Notes under the pieces: generated by a model | Database searches by the model: none | What the model was told of the DNA's origin: nothing | What the model saw: only the letters and a program-made list of their open reading frames with translations | IMG/VR virus record: IMGVR_UViG_3300026549_000043 | Span: 1-64,000 of that record | Direction: 5' to 3' (one strand) | DNA length: 64,000 nucleotides | Source: a virus | Taxonomy: Duplodnaviria > Caudoviricetes | Program-made: the position numbers and the translations under genes | In this document: piece by piece, positions 52,717 through 62,700 of the stretch | How the letters are laid out: the number at the start of each line of letters is the position of its first letter | How positions within the stretch are numbered: position 1 is the stretch's first letter

Positions 52717-54597
52717 GTGATACTTATTAATTTAATTTTTTCAAAAGTAAAATTACATAATTTCTTTTCTTTCTCAGATGTAGAATTAAATTTAAATGAT
52801 ATGGGATTTACTTTAGTAGAAGGTAGAAATTATTGTAAATTAGATAACGCCTACTCAAATGGGTCTGGGAAATCTAGTCTATTTAACGCTATATGTTTTG
52901 CTCTAACAGGTGAGACTTCTCAGGGAATATCATCAGGAGTAGAGAATATTTTTACAGACCCAGATGATTGCTGGGTAGAACTGACCTTTATGGTAGATGA
53001 TAATGAATACATTTTAAAAAGATATAAGACCCCAAAACCTGATTTAAAAATTACTATTAATGGTGAGGATAAATCTGGGAAGGGGATTAGAGAATCATCT
53101 AATTTACTTTCAACTTATTTACCTGATTTAAATTCTACTCTAGTTAATAGCATCATAATTTTAGGGCAGGGATTACCTAGTAGATTTACAAACAACAAAC
53201 CTTCACATCGAAAAGAGATTTTAGAGAATTTAACTAAGTCTGACTTTATGATTCAATCAATTAAGGATAAATTAGAGAAAAGACAGGAAGAATTAAAATC
53301 AAGCCTAAGGTCAAGAGAAGATAGATCTTTAATGATTAATTCTCAAAAAGAAGTATATAAAAACCAATTAACTAAATATCGTGATGAATTAGAAGAATAT
53401 GATTGTTTTGATAGTTCAGAGGGTGGAATCCAGTATCAGGTTAAGTTATTAGAAAAAGAGATAGAATATTACAATAAAAGTATTTCAGATAACGACCTAG
53501 AATATAAAGATTTATCTGAACAACTGGAAGAATTAAATTCAAAGTATAGAAGTATTTTATTAGAAAGCAATGGTCAGTTAGATATTAAACTAGGCCCAAT
53601 AGAAAATATCGAAGAGAAGAAAACTCAAGAAATAAATAACTTAAAAACAGAAATAAAGATTCTAGAAAAAGAAATTAAAAAACTAGATAGTATCAAGGAT
53701 GTATGTCCGACTTGTGGCCAAAAAATACCTAACATTAATAAGCCTGATACAACTGAGTTAAAAAATAATTTAAATAAATTAAAGGGTGATTTAGATCTCT
53801 ATGATCAAGAATATAACCGAATAAAAGATGAAAAAGAAAAAATTATAGCTGACCACAACCATTTAATCGAGGTAAATTTAGAAGAATTAAAATCTAAAAT
53901 AGATTCATATACGCTAAGATTAAAAGAATTATCTAAGGATAAAATTTCTCTCTCAAGTAAGATATCATCTACTGAATCTAAAATCCAGAAATTAGAAGAC
54001 TTAAAAAATCGATATAATAAATTACTTACTGATATTTCTGGAGTTGAAGATGTTATTAAGAAATTAAATGAAGAATCTGTAAATATTTCAGGTGAAATAT
54101 TTGATATAAATGCCCATTTAAATATTGTTCAACAAATGATAACTTTAGCTAAAAGAGAGTTTAGAGGAATATTATTATTAAATGTAATTGAATATCTAAA
54201 TAAATTAATTAAAAAATATTCTTTACAAGTTTTTAATACTGAAGAATTAAATTTTACTTTAAATGAAAATGCCGTAGATATTACTTACTGTAATAAACCT
54301 TACGAAAATCTATCTGGTGGAGAAAAACAAAAAATTGATATAATAATCCAATTAGCCTTAAGAGATGTTTTAAGTAAACAACTGGATATTAGAAGTAATT
54401 TATTAGTTTGTGATGAAATCTTTGATAATATGGATTTGATAGGATGTAATAAAATTATTGATCTTATTTCAAGTTTATCTGATATTGATAGTATATTTAT
54501 TATTTCACATCATACCCAGGATTTAGAGCTTACTAGGGATAATTCATTGGTAGTAGAAAAGTCTGAAAATGGAATTAGCCATTTAAAGTTTGTATAG
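52717..54597 (+). CDS. sbcC: SbcC/Rad50 ATPase
   Basis: NGSGKSS, CPTC hook, LSGGE, DEIFD, ISH. Confidence 0.92.
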   Translation: MILINLIFSKVKLHNFFSFSDVELNLNDMGFTLVEGRNYCKLDNAYSNGSGKSSLFNAICFALTGETSQGISSGVENIFTDPDDCWVELTFMVDDNEYILKRYKTPKPDLKITINGEDKSGKGIRESSNLLSTYLPDLNSTLVNSIIILGQGLPSRFTNNKPSHRKEILENLTKSDFMIQSIKDKLEKRQEELKSSLRSREDRSLMINSQKEVYKNQLTKYRDELEEYDCFDSSEGGIQYQVKLLEKEIEYYNKSISDNDLEYKDLSEQLEELNSKYRSILLESNGQLDIKLGPIENIEEKKTQEINNLKTEIKILEKEIKKLDSIKDVCPTCGQKIPNINKPDTTELKNNLNKLKGDLDLYDQEYNRIKDEKEKIIADHNHLIEVNLEELKSKIDSYTLRLKELSKDKISLSSKISSTESKIQKLEDLKNRYNKLLTDISGVEDVIKKLNEESVNISGEIFDINAHLNIVQQMITLAKREFRGILLLNVIEYLNKLIKKYSLQVFNTEELNFTLNENAVDITYCNKPYENLSGGEKQKIDIIIQLALRDVLSKQLDIRSNLLVCDEIFDNMDLIGCNKIIDLISSLSDIDSIFIISHHTQDLELTRDNSLVVEKSENGISHLKFV

Positions 54598-54603
54598 TAT
54601 ATT

Positions 54604-55428
54604 ATGAACCCATTATTTAAAAAGCCTAAAGACGTCCGATTTGTAGATATGGCTATATGAATTGATAACAATATTTATAAAGAAGATTGTGATATGGATA
54701 AGGCATTTACTTACATGTATTTATTGGCCTATATGTTAGCTAGTAAAGCTAAGTATTTTAATACTATTGCTGACTATGATGGCTTTGCCTATTTCTTGGC
54801 CTACTCAACTTATAGTAGGTATAAGGATCAAAGTAAGAAGCCGGTAAAATCGGTATTAAATTATATGAAATCAATTATGTATTTCAGAAAGTTAACTTAT
54901 GACCGGGAAACATTCTGTGAAGTAATAAACCCAGAATATAATACTAATTGGGATGAAAATAAATATAAAAATAGTAGAATTAATTCCTTAGAATCTCAGA
55001 ATAGAACAAATTTAATTCAATTAAGTATTCAAGACATTTTTAGTGATATACCAAAAATAATTTTTAAAAATATACCAAAGATATATTTTAGTGATAATTT
55101 AATTAAAAATAATATTTATAAATCTACCCTATTATCACTATTAAGCAGCTATACATTACCACAAGAATTTCAAATAAAATTACAGAAAAAGTTAGAAGAA
55201 AAATCAACTTTTGATGAAGCTTCTTTCTATAAAAAACATTTAACCAAGGATATAATTTTATGACATTTACCAGATTCAATGGAATCAGTAGTCAGGCTGG
55301 TTATAAATAAAACGAACCAAGACTTAATTGAATTAATTCGAGGATTATCTGATGAAATAAAGGTTACTGAATATGATTTAGATCTAATGTTTAAATCGGC
55401 TTATGAGAATTGAAATGAAGAGTCCTAA
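54604..55428 (+). CDS. Hypothetical protein (TGA=Trp at 54658, 55261 and 55411)
   Basis: Readthrough fills both flanking gaps. Confidence 0.6.
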
Positions 55429-55777
55429 TATATTAAAAGAAGAAGATTTATATAATTTAATATTGTATTCTATTTTTAAGATCAGAGAAGATCCTGAGTA
55501 TTCTGTTATTTCTGAATTAATATACATTCTAGGTAAAGATGGGTTATTAAATTTATGTTCTTCTTTGGGTGGCTGTACTATTAAAATACCTACTATTTTA
55601 GAATTAAAGGTTTTTACTAATGCATTACTAATTTATTATTATTCAATTACTGAAAATAAGTCATTTAATGAATCATTTAAAAAATTAGAAATAGATCCTA
55701 ACCTAAGAAAAGATATTATCGAAGTATATAAAAAAGTAGTTGATATAGCAAATGGATACAATAAAAAATTTAATTAA
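55403..55777 (+). CDS. Mor-like transcription regulator candidate
   Basis: ILG..LLNLC..LGG.TIKIP. Confidence 0.45.
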   Translation: MRIEMKSPNILKEEDLYNLILYSIFKIREDPEYSVISELIYILGKDGLLNLCSSLGGCTIKIPTILELKVFTNALLIYYYSITENKSFNESFKKLEIDPNLRKDIIEVYKKVVDIANGYNKKFN

Positions 55778-55943
55778 GATAAGAGAAGATCTCAATTCTG
55801 TACCAGAGAAAAAGGAGTATTATTCGAATGTTTCTGAACGTTTAGATAAAATACTTAAATGATATATAAGTCAGTTAGAAATACAATATAATCAAATGTT
55901 AAATAAAAACACTAAGGATATTATGAAGGAGTTGATAAAGTAG
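55752..55943 (+). CDS. Hypothetical protein (TGA at 55860; absent from the track)
   Basis: Fills the gap and overlaps both neighbours. Confidence 0.5.
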
Positions 55944-56272
55944 TGATAGGAAATATTAAAGAAGATTTAAGTAAATTAACTACCATTGATACTCTTTATA
56001 TTGGGAGACTTTTTGAAAAAATAAATTGATGTATTTCTGACTATGTGGAAGAAGCCTCTTTAAAAGGAGATAATCTAGTAGAAGTAGATTTTGGGTTTGG
56101 GAAGTTGTTTATTTGTATTGGAGAAGATTCAGTTAAATATAGTTTTAAACCTAGTAAAGAGTTAGATGAATCGGTAATTAATACCATAGTAGATGGAAGA
56201 AATAGTCTAACTTTAAACTTAGAAAAAAATCTTTCATCAAAAATTACAAACATATATAAGGACATGTTCTAA
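55943..56272 (+). CDS. Hypothetical protein (GTG start; TGA=Trp at 56027)
   Basis: SD AAGGAG upstream; extends the track ORF. Confidence 0.55.
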
Positions 56273-56769
56273 TGGAAAATAAAGAAGAATTAATACAATC
56301 TCCAGAAGATACGGCCGGTATAGTTTCTAAGAATAATAATTTATTTACTGAATCAAATGATCTAGTTGAGAAGATAATAAATGAATCAAACCCAGATAAA
56401 TTAGAAGAATTAACAAATCTATTTAATTTAAATCAACGTAAAAAAGACATAGCTAGAATTAATAAATTATCTCAGTTATTAAATATCGTTGATACTGAGG
56501 TAGAATCCAGGTTAATTGATACTCCAGAAGGATTTAACAACGATCAGTTAATTAAGTATATGAGTACTACTCAACAAACAATTAACTCCCTTGAAGATAA
56601 TTTAAATCATAAACCATTAATTCAAATAAATAACCAGACAAATGAAATACATCTTGGTGAAGATGGACTAAACCAAGAATCTAGAAAAAAGGTCATAGAT
56701 ACTATTATGTCCATCCTTAGTAAAGATAACAAGGAAGTTATAGATATAGACTTAGATGAGGAAGAATAA
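56272..56769 (+). CDS. Hypothetical helical protein
   Basis: TAATG coupling. Confidence 0.5.
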   Translation: MENKEELIQSPEDTAGIVSKNNNLFTESNDLVEKIINESNPDKLEELTNLFNLNQRKKDIARINKLSQLLNIVDTEVESRLIDTPEGFNNDQLIKYMSTTQQTINSLEDNLNHKPLIQINNQTNEIHLGEDGLNQESRKKVIDTIMSILSKDNKEVIDIDLDEEE

Positions 56770-56773
56770 TTAG

Positions 56774-57118
56774 ATGTCAAAAAGAGATTTAGAAAAATAT
56801 TTAATTTCAGTACAAAAACAAAGAGATGAAATGTTAAAGGCAGTTAATGAAGCTAATGAATTACTAATTAAAGGGAATATTTCATCTGAACAAGCTAACT
56901 CAATACAATCTTATTTTAATCAATTAGAGGTTAACTATCAAAGAATATTATATTGTAGATATTTGTATAATCTTCCGCCTAAATTTATTCAGAAGCTTCA
57001 AAAGAAAAAGATTGAAAAAGAGTTAAAGAAATATGTAGATAATAAGGCCGATGAAGAATCAGTTAAGAAAGAAAACCAGGAATGCTTAGATAAAGTTAAG
57101 GAGGAAATTAATGGATAA
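56774..57118 (+). CDS. Hypothetical protein
   Basis: ORF in operon. Confidence 0.5.
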   Translation: MSKRDLEKYLISVQKQRDEMLKAVNEANELLIKGNISSEQANSIQSYFNQLEVNYQRILYCRYLYNLPPKFIQKLQKKKIEKELKKYVDNKADEESVKKENQECLDKVKEEING

Positions 57119-57377
57119 AGAAGAATTTATTAATTCATTAGATATACCATTTAAAGGTGAATGGAAAGGGAATGACTTCGTAATTAATCTAACAAACAGT
57201 GATGACTTTTCAACAGTATATAATATTATATCAAACAATCCAGAAATATCAATGGAAGATAATTCTATTACTACTACTAACAATTCACTATTTACATTCT
57301 TTAAAGATGAATTTGAGATTAGATTAACTGCCGATTTTAATAGAGATATTTATAAACTTACTGTGGGAGATAGATAA
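57111..57377 (+). CDS. Hypothetical protein
   Basis: SD AGGAGG. Confidence 0.5.
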   Translation: MDKEEFINSLDIPFKGEWKGNDFVINLTNSDDFSTVYNIISNNPEISMEDNSITTTNNSLFTFFKDEFEIRLTADFNRDIYKLTVGDR

Positions 57378-57379
57378 AT

Positions 57380-58093
57380 ATGGTAAAAGACATATTGGTT
57401 TCAGACCTTTTAAATGAAAGGGCTATGGAGTGGGATGTTAAGAAGGATTCAGAATTAACTAATACTATCCTTAGAGACTTGGTTGATACTCTAGAAGCTA
57501 ACCCAGATAGATTATATTTATGTGCTAATGAAATCGGATATACTGAGAGAGCTTTTATTTTAAAGTTTAGTGATGATTGAAAAGCTTTCATGAACCCAAT
57601 CTTCCAGGTAAAGGATAATCTAAAATTAGTTAGAGAATATAATCCTATAGATAAAAAACAATATATTATTCCTAGATATACCGATGTGACTATATGCTAT
57701 CAAAATTCCATGGGTAAAGTTGAAGCTGTAAAATTTAATGATTCAGCATCAGCTATAGTGTCTCATGCAATGGATGTTTTGGAAGGGTTACAAACTTCTG
57801 ATTATGGATTAGAAGTCGTTGAGGAATTTGATACCGCTTCGCCAGAAGAACAGGCCCAGGTATTGAATGAATATTTAAAATCTTTAAATAAATTTAAAGA
57901 AGATTTGGATTCTGATTTAAGTAATTCTGATGAGGAAACTAAAAAAGAATGGGATGGCTTTAAATTTATGAAAGCCGTTTCGGATGGAAAGGTAGAATTA
58001 TATAAGCCAGAAAATAAATCTCCAATAATAAATAGAAAACAAAGAAGATTTTTTGAAAAATTGGCTAAAAAATTTAGAAGGAGAAAAAGATAA
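57380..58093 (+). CDS. Peptide deformylase-fold protein with degenerate active site (TGA=Trp at 57578)
   Basis: LCANEIG...F[M]NP...IPRYTDV.I.YQ..G...A.IVSHAMDVLEG. Confidence 0.7.
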
Positions 58094-58467
58094 TGAAATT
58101 AGTTAGAGCTACCAACGAGAGCTTAAGAAAAAGAGTTAAGATTAAAGAATTAGGAAGACTTGCTAAAGAAGGCGAAGAGTTTAAGGTTGAAGATGATAGA
58201 ATACCTACATTAACTGGAGATAATAGATTTCATGCTGCATTTGTAGTAGTAGTTAAGGATTTAGGGGCAGAAGAAGTTAAACCAGAAACAGTTGATATCC
58301 CATCAGTTGAAGAAAAAACATCAGATGATACAGAACCTGAAATTTTTGTTATCAATCCAGGTGAAGAGCCAATTAAGGTGGATGAAAATCTCCAGCCAAT
58401 TGAAACTCCATCTGAAGAAAAACCTAAAAAGCGTAGATCAAAGAAGAAAGATAAGGTGGAAGAATAA
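58093..58467 (+). CDS. Hypothetical protein
   Basis: TAATG coupling. Confidence 0.5.
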   Translation: MKLVRATNESLRKRVKIKELGRLAKEGEEFKVEDDRIPTLTGDNRFHAAFVVVVKDLGAEEVKPETVDIPSVEEKTSDDTEPEIFVINPGEEPIKVDENLQPIETPSEEKPKKRRSKKKDKVEE

Positions 58468-58470
58468 TTT

Positions 58471-58689
58471 ATGGATGAATTAAGAGCTTATTCTAAAGAA
58501 GATTTTGGTGATTTGGCAGGAATCTTAGCCAGAAGCGGTTATAGATTTCTTAGCTGGGCTGAATTAGACCGTTCAAATAATATTATCTATGTGGTTAAGC
58601 TTAACCCAGTTTTAGAACAGCCTAAGCCTGAAACTCCTAAGCAAGTATTAAATGAAGAATTAGAAAATGAGAACGGAAGTCAGGAATAG
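58471..58689 (+). CDS. Hypothetical protein
   Basis: ORF in operon. Confidence 0.45.
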   Translation: MDELRAYSKEDFGDLAGILARSGYRFLSWAELDRSNNIIYVVKLNPVLEQPKPETPKQVLNEELENENGSQE

Positions 58690-58867
58690 CAAAAATATGT
58701 TAATCGGGTGGACCACCGATTACTCAGATTCCGTACAAGCTAGTCATATAAACAAGGGTTATGTTGGAAAATATGTAAAAAGTTCCAACATAACTTTTGA
58801 TAAACAGGGTAAAATATTTTGCTATGGAGACGGGACTCAATGTTTAGTTCGACTGGCAGATAAATAA
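58667..58867 (+). CDS. Hypothetical protein
   Basis: ORF in operon. Confidence 0.45.
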   Translation: MRTEVRNSKNMLIGWTTDYSDSVQASHINKGYVGKYVKSSNITFDKQGKIFCYGDGTQCLVRLADK

Positions 58868-58881
58868 ACGAAGGAGTTTTT

Positions 58882-59097
58882 ATGTTAAAAGTATATAGTA
58901 CTAATTGTCCTAAATGTAAAATTTTAGAGAAAAAATTAAATTCAATGGACAAAGAATATGAATTAATAAATGACCCAGATGCGGTCTATGAGGCTTCAGA
59001 AAAATATGATATTAAGGAAGCTCCCTTTGTAGTAAATGGAGATCACTTATATAATTTTTCTGCTGCTATCAAAGCATTATCTTCAGGAGAAATTTAA
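58882..59097 (+). CDS. Glutaredoxin/NrdH-like redoxin
   Basis: YSTNCPKC, EAPFV; directly upstream of nrdD. Confidence 0.85.
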   Translation: MLKVYSTNCPKCKILEKKLNSMDKEYELINDPDAVYEASEKYDIKEAPFVVNGDHLYNFSAAIKALSSGEI

Positions 59098-59099
59098 TT

Positions 59100-60851
59100 A
59101 TGGAAATAACACTTTGTTTGAATAAAGATTTCGAAAGAACGCTTGAAATGCTTAGAGATAAGTATGGTGAAGATTTTGAATACTTCAGTGGTATACATCC
59201 AACTCAGTTAGATTATTCAGAATTTTTATCAAATTTCGTAAAGAATGATACATTGGCCGATACAACCGTAGACCCTAACGCTAATGCTTCTCATAAAGAT
59301 ATTAGATCATATATGACTGAAAAAGGTAAAGCATCAGATAAGTTATTTGGATTAAATAAAATCTTTTTAGAGATTAAAAAGAGGTGGGGTTTAAAGACTG
59401 CACGTCAATGGCTTGAACAAGAGTATTCAAAAGGATTCTATTTGAATGATTCTACCTCTGCTAGCTATATCCCTTACTGCTGGGCTAATGATTTAACTAG
59501 ATTAGCTACAGAAGGACTATTCTTCTTATCTAATTATAATCATCAGCCACCTAAGCATTTAACTACATATTTTGATGATGTAATTGAATTTACTTCATTC
59601 CTCAGTAATAGACAATCAGGAGCTGTAGGTCTCCCTAATGTTATAATTTGGGCTTATTATTTTTGGAAGCATGACTGTGAAAATGGATATTTCTTAAAGG
59701 ATCCAGATACATATTTAAGACAGAATTTCCAAAAATTTATTTATAGATTAAATCAACCATTTATGAGAATAGATCAGTGTGCTTTTACAAACGTATCTAT
59801 TTTCGATAGACCTTACTTAGAAGAATTATTCGGCGGAGTAGAATTCCCAGACGGTAGCTTTGCCATTGACCAGATTGAAGAATTAGTTAAAGCACAAAAG
59901 GTCTTTATGGAAGTTGTAGCAGATATCCGTAAAGAAAATATGTTTACCTTTCCTATTATAACATTTTCCATTTTGTACAAGGATGGAGAATTTAAAGACC
60001 AAGAATTCGCAAGATGGGCATGTGCTCATAATATGCAATGGAGTGATAGCAATTTCTTCTGCTCAGATAATGTGGGGGTATTAAGTAATTGCTGTAGATT
60101 ATTAAGTGATACATCAAAATTGGACGCATTTATTAATTCTATTGGTGGTACAGCTCTTTCAGTAGGATCATGTAGAGTAAGCACAATTAACTTGGTTAGA
60201 ATAGCTTATGAAGCATTTGAGTATAATAAACCAAATGAAGTTCCATTAAAGAGGGCTAGATCTAAGTATCTTAAAATTCTTCGTGACCGAGTAGAATTAG
60301 ATTGTAAGGCCTTATTATCAATGAGACATATCCTTAAGAGAAATATTGAAAAGGGATTGTTACCTAATTACCAAGATGGTGCATTAGAATTAGATAAGCA
60401 GTTCTGTACTATTGGTGGTATTGGAATGTATGAAGTAATGGATATGTTTGGGTTGATCAATACTGATGAATTTGGTAATAAATCTTATTCTGATGAAGCT
60501 GTTGAATTTGCTACAGAAATTTTGGATTTAATGAATGAGGTTAAGGATACATTCTTTGAAAGAAATAATATCGAAAAGAAAGACCAGTTCTCATTTAACA
60601 TTGAATTTATCCCAGCAGAAAATGCAGCAGGAATTTTATGTCAAGCTGATAATCTCTTATTTAGAGACGGAAGTTGTGATTACACAACATATGATTACAG
60701 GTTTAGTATTAATGGTAAGAATTATTTAATAAAATCAAGAGATACTGTAAAAGTAAATATATCAGGTAAGATAAAAGAAGTTAGTGCAAAAGAAGCATTT
60801 GACAATGACTACGATTTAGTTGAAGAATATTTAGATAAGTTTTGTTGCTAA
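59100..60851 (+). CDS. nrdD: Class III ribonucleotide reductase, N-terminal fragment
   Basis: PYC, QSGA, FTFP, SNCCRL, GSCRVSTIN, IPAE. Confidence 0.9.
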   Translation: MEITLCLNKDFERTLEMLRDKYGEDFEYFSGIHPTQLDYSEFLSNFVKNDTLADTTVDPNANASHKDIRSYMTEKGKASDKLFGLNKIFLEIKKRWGLKTARQWLEQEYSKGFYLNDSTSASYIPYCWANDLTRLATEGLFFLSNYNHQPPKHLTTYFDDVIEFTSFLSNRQSGAVGLPNVIIWAYYFWKHDCENGYFLKDPDTYLRQNFQKFIYRLNQPFMRIDQCAFTNVSIFDRPYLEELFGGVEFPDGSFAIDQIEELVKAQKVFMEVVADIRKENMFTFPIITFSILYKDGEFKDQEFARWACAHNMQWSDSNFFCSDNVGVLSNCCRLLSDTSKLDAFINSIGGTALSVGSCRVSTINLVRIAYEAFEYNKPNEVPLKRARSKYLKILRDRVELDCKALLSMRHILKRNIEKGLLPNYQDGALELDKQFCTIGGIGMYEVMDMFGLINTDEFGNKSYSDEAVEFATEILDLMNEVKDTFFERNNIEKKDQFSFNIEFIPAENAAGILCQADNLLFRDGSCDYTTYDYRFSINGKNYLIKSRDTVKVNISGKIKEVSAKEAFDNDYDLVEEYLDKFCC

Positions 60852-60874
60852 ATTTAATATATAAAATGTCAATA

Positions 60875-60915
60875 CCTAGTCTGGTGCTGGCCGGCCCGCT
60901 GGGTATCAGACTAGG
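60875..60915 (+). promoter_or_regulatory. Hairpin overlapping the endonuclease Shine-Dalgarno
   Basis: CCTAGTCTGGTGCT/GGTATCAGACTAGG pairs into AGGAGG. Confidence 0.7.
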
Positions 60916-60927
60916 AGGAGACTTTTT

Positions 60928-61776
60928 ATGGGTAAAATTTATACTTATATTCATAAAGGTCAACAGAATAGTAAATGTAAAACAGTTGACCTTTGTTTAT
61001 TTCTTAATGATGGATGAGAACTTGGTTGACCAAATATTCATGATCACATGGTTAAAATGAGTAAGAAAGCCGCTGAAAAATTAAGTGATTTGAAAGAAAA
61101 TAATTATGAAGATTATGTAAAATTCCAAGAAAATAAAAGTAAAAATGTGTCTAAAGGTTTACTTAAATTTTGATCAGATGTTGCAGATAAAGAGTATATA
61201 AAAAATCGTGAGGAAAAGAAGCAAGAATCGAGAGATAATTGAACACCTGAAGAGCGTGAATTATATCATAATAGGATGTCTGAATCAGCCAAAAGGGATA
61301 GGGCAAATACATCCCAAGAAGAGTATCATAGAAGAAGTGTTTTAGCTACTGAAACGAAGAAGAGAAACGGTACTATGAACACATCATCCTATGAAAATAT
61401 TACATATGATTTATTAAGAACAATTTATGGTGATGATGATATCATCTATGATGATTATGTAGATGATAGATACTCAACAAAATGCGATTTCTATATCAAA
61501 TCATTAGATATATTTATTGAATTAAATATTCATCCATCTCATAATAATCACCCGTTTGATGAGAATAATGCGGATGATTTAAGTTTAGTAGAAGAATTAA
61601 AATCTAAAGGTGATAAATGATCGAACATGATTTTAGATGTTTGATGTAGACGTGATGTCGAGAAATTCAATCAAGCTAAAGATAATAAATTGAATTATAT
61701 CTTAGTGTATCCAAATAACTTTGATAATTTTATACTCGCAATAAAGGAGAATAGAATATGAGATTTAGTGAAATAA
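60928..61776 (+). mobile_element. Free-standing Vsr/EDxHD-like homing endonuclease splitting nrdD (6 internal TGA)
   Basis: SD AGGAGG; SSYE...CDFYIKSLDIFIELN...H...[W]..RD.EK...AK...LNY. May instead stop at TGA 61761. Confidence 0.8.
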
Positions 61777-62216
61777 ATAGTTTATGTGTCAGAGAAGATA
61801 AGCATGAGTATTATATAGAGTCTAATCAATGGATCCCATTAATGGAAAAGTGTACTATCCAAGAAAAGTGTAGATTAGGTAATTTATTTGATAAAAAGTG
61901 TGGCGGTGGATGCATCGCTCATATTAATATCGAAGGAAGATTCCCTAATGAAGAAATGGCTTGGGATATGTTAAATTATGTAGCTAGTCAGGGTGTAATT
62001 TATTTTGCCTTTAATACCAAGATTAATGTCTGTGAAGATAAGCATGCTTCTATTGGTACTACTGTATGTCCACATTGTGGTAAACCAATTGTTGATAAAT
62101 ATACCAGAGTAGTGGGGTTCTATACACCACTATCATCATATCAGGCGATAAGGAAAAGAGAAGCTACTGCCAGGAAATGGTATAATGTTTTAGAAAAAGA
62201 ATCAATGTTCAGCTAA
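61758..62216 (+). CDS. nrdD: Class III ribonucleotide reductase, C-terminal glycyl-radical fragment
   Basis: Own SD AAGGAG; SNQWIPL, GGG.I.H, C..H...CPHCG, TRVVGF. Confidence 0.9.
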   Translation: MRFSEINSLCVREDKHEYYIESNQWIPLMEKCTIQEKCRLGNLFDKKCGGGCIAHINIEGRFPNEEMAWDMLNYVASQGVIYFAFNTKINVCEDKHASIGTTVCPHCGKPIVDKYTRVVGFYTPLSSYQAIRKREATARKWYNVLEKESMFS

Positions 62217-62254
62217 AGTAATTGTTATAAGTTAACAATGTATACTATAATTAT

Positions 62255-62279
62255 AAAGGCAGGTATATCTGCCTTTTTT
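62255..62279 (+). terminator. Intrinsic terminator
   Basis: AAAGGCAGG/TCTGCCTTT followed by a T run. Confidence 0.75.
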
Positions 62280-62469
62280 AGTATAAGCTAAAGTATAAAA
62301 TTACTACAACAAGAGGTAATTGAGCTATTTTTAGTGACTTTTTAATTTTATCTTACATAACTAGGAATAAAAAAGAAGAAACCGAAGAAAATGAAGACAG
62401 TAATTAGTTTACTGTCTTTTTTATTTTGAGATATAATAATAATGTAAAAAATCAATAAGGGTTAAGTAT

Positions 62470-62700
62470 ATGAGGAAAAAAAGCTTAAGTACTAATATTT
62501 ACAAGATAAAAGAATTATTATCAAAATATATCAAAGAGGGTGATTATATTATTGAAGACAATTCAAGGTATAATTCCATTAATGATTTATTATCTTCTTG
62601 GTATATTGAGTGTATAATAGATGAAGAATTAACTCCTAAGGGAGAAAAAGTAATATATGGATTACCAGCGGTAAAAGGCAATGAAGATAGTATTAAATAA
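62470..62700 (+). CDS. Hypothetical early protein
   Basis: Lies behind the promoter at 62405. Confidence 0.45.
   Translation: MRKKSLSTNIYKIKELLSKYIKEGDYIIEDNSRYNSINDLLSSWYIECIIDEELTPKGEKVIYGLPAVKGNEDSIK

Noticed and set aside
60852-61757. Group I intron in nrdD
   Set aside because: No P/Q/R/S elements, almost no non-coding space, and fragment 2 has its own SD.
2608-61776. Widespread pseudogenes with nonsense mutations
   Set aside because: The breaks are TGA at Trp positions in essential genes with intact frames.
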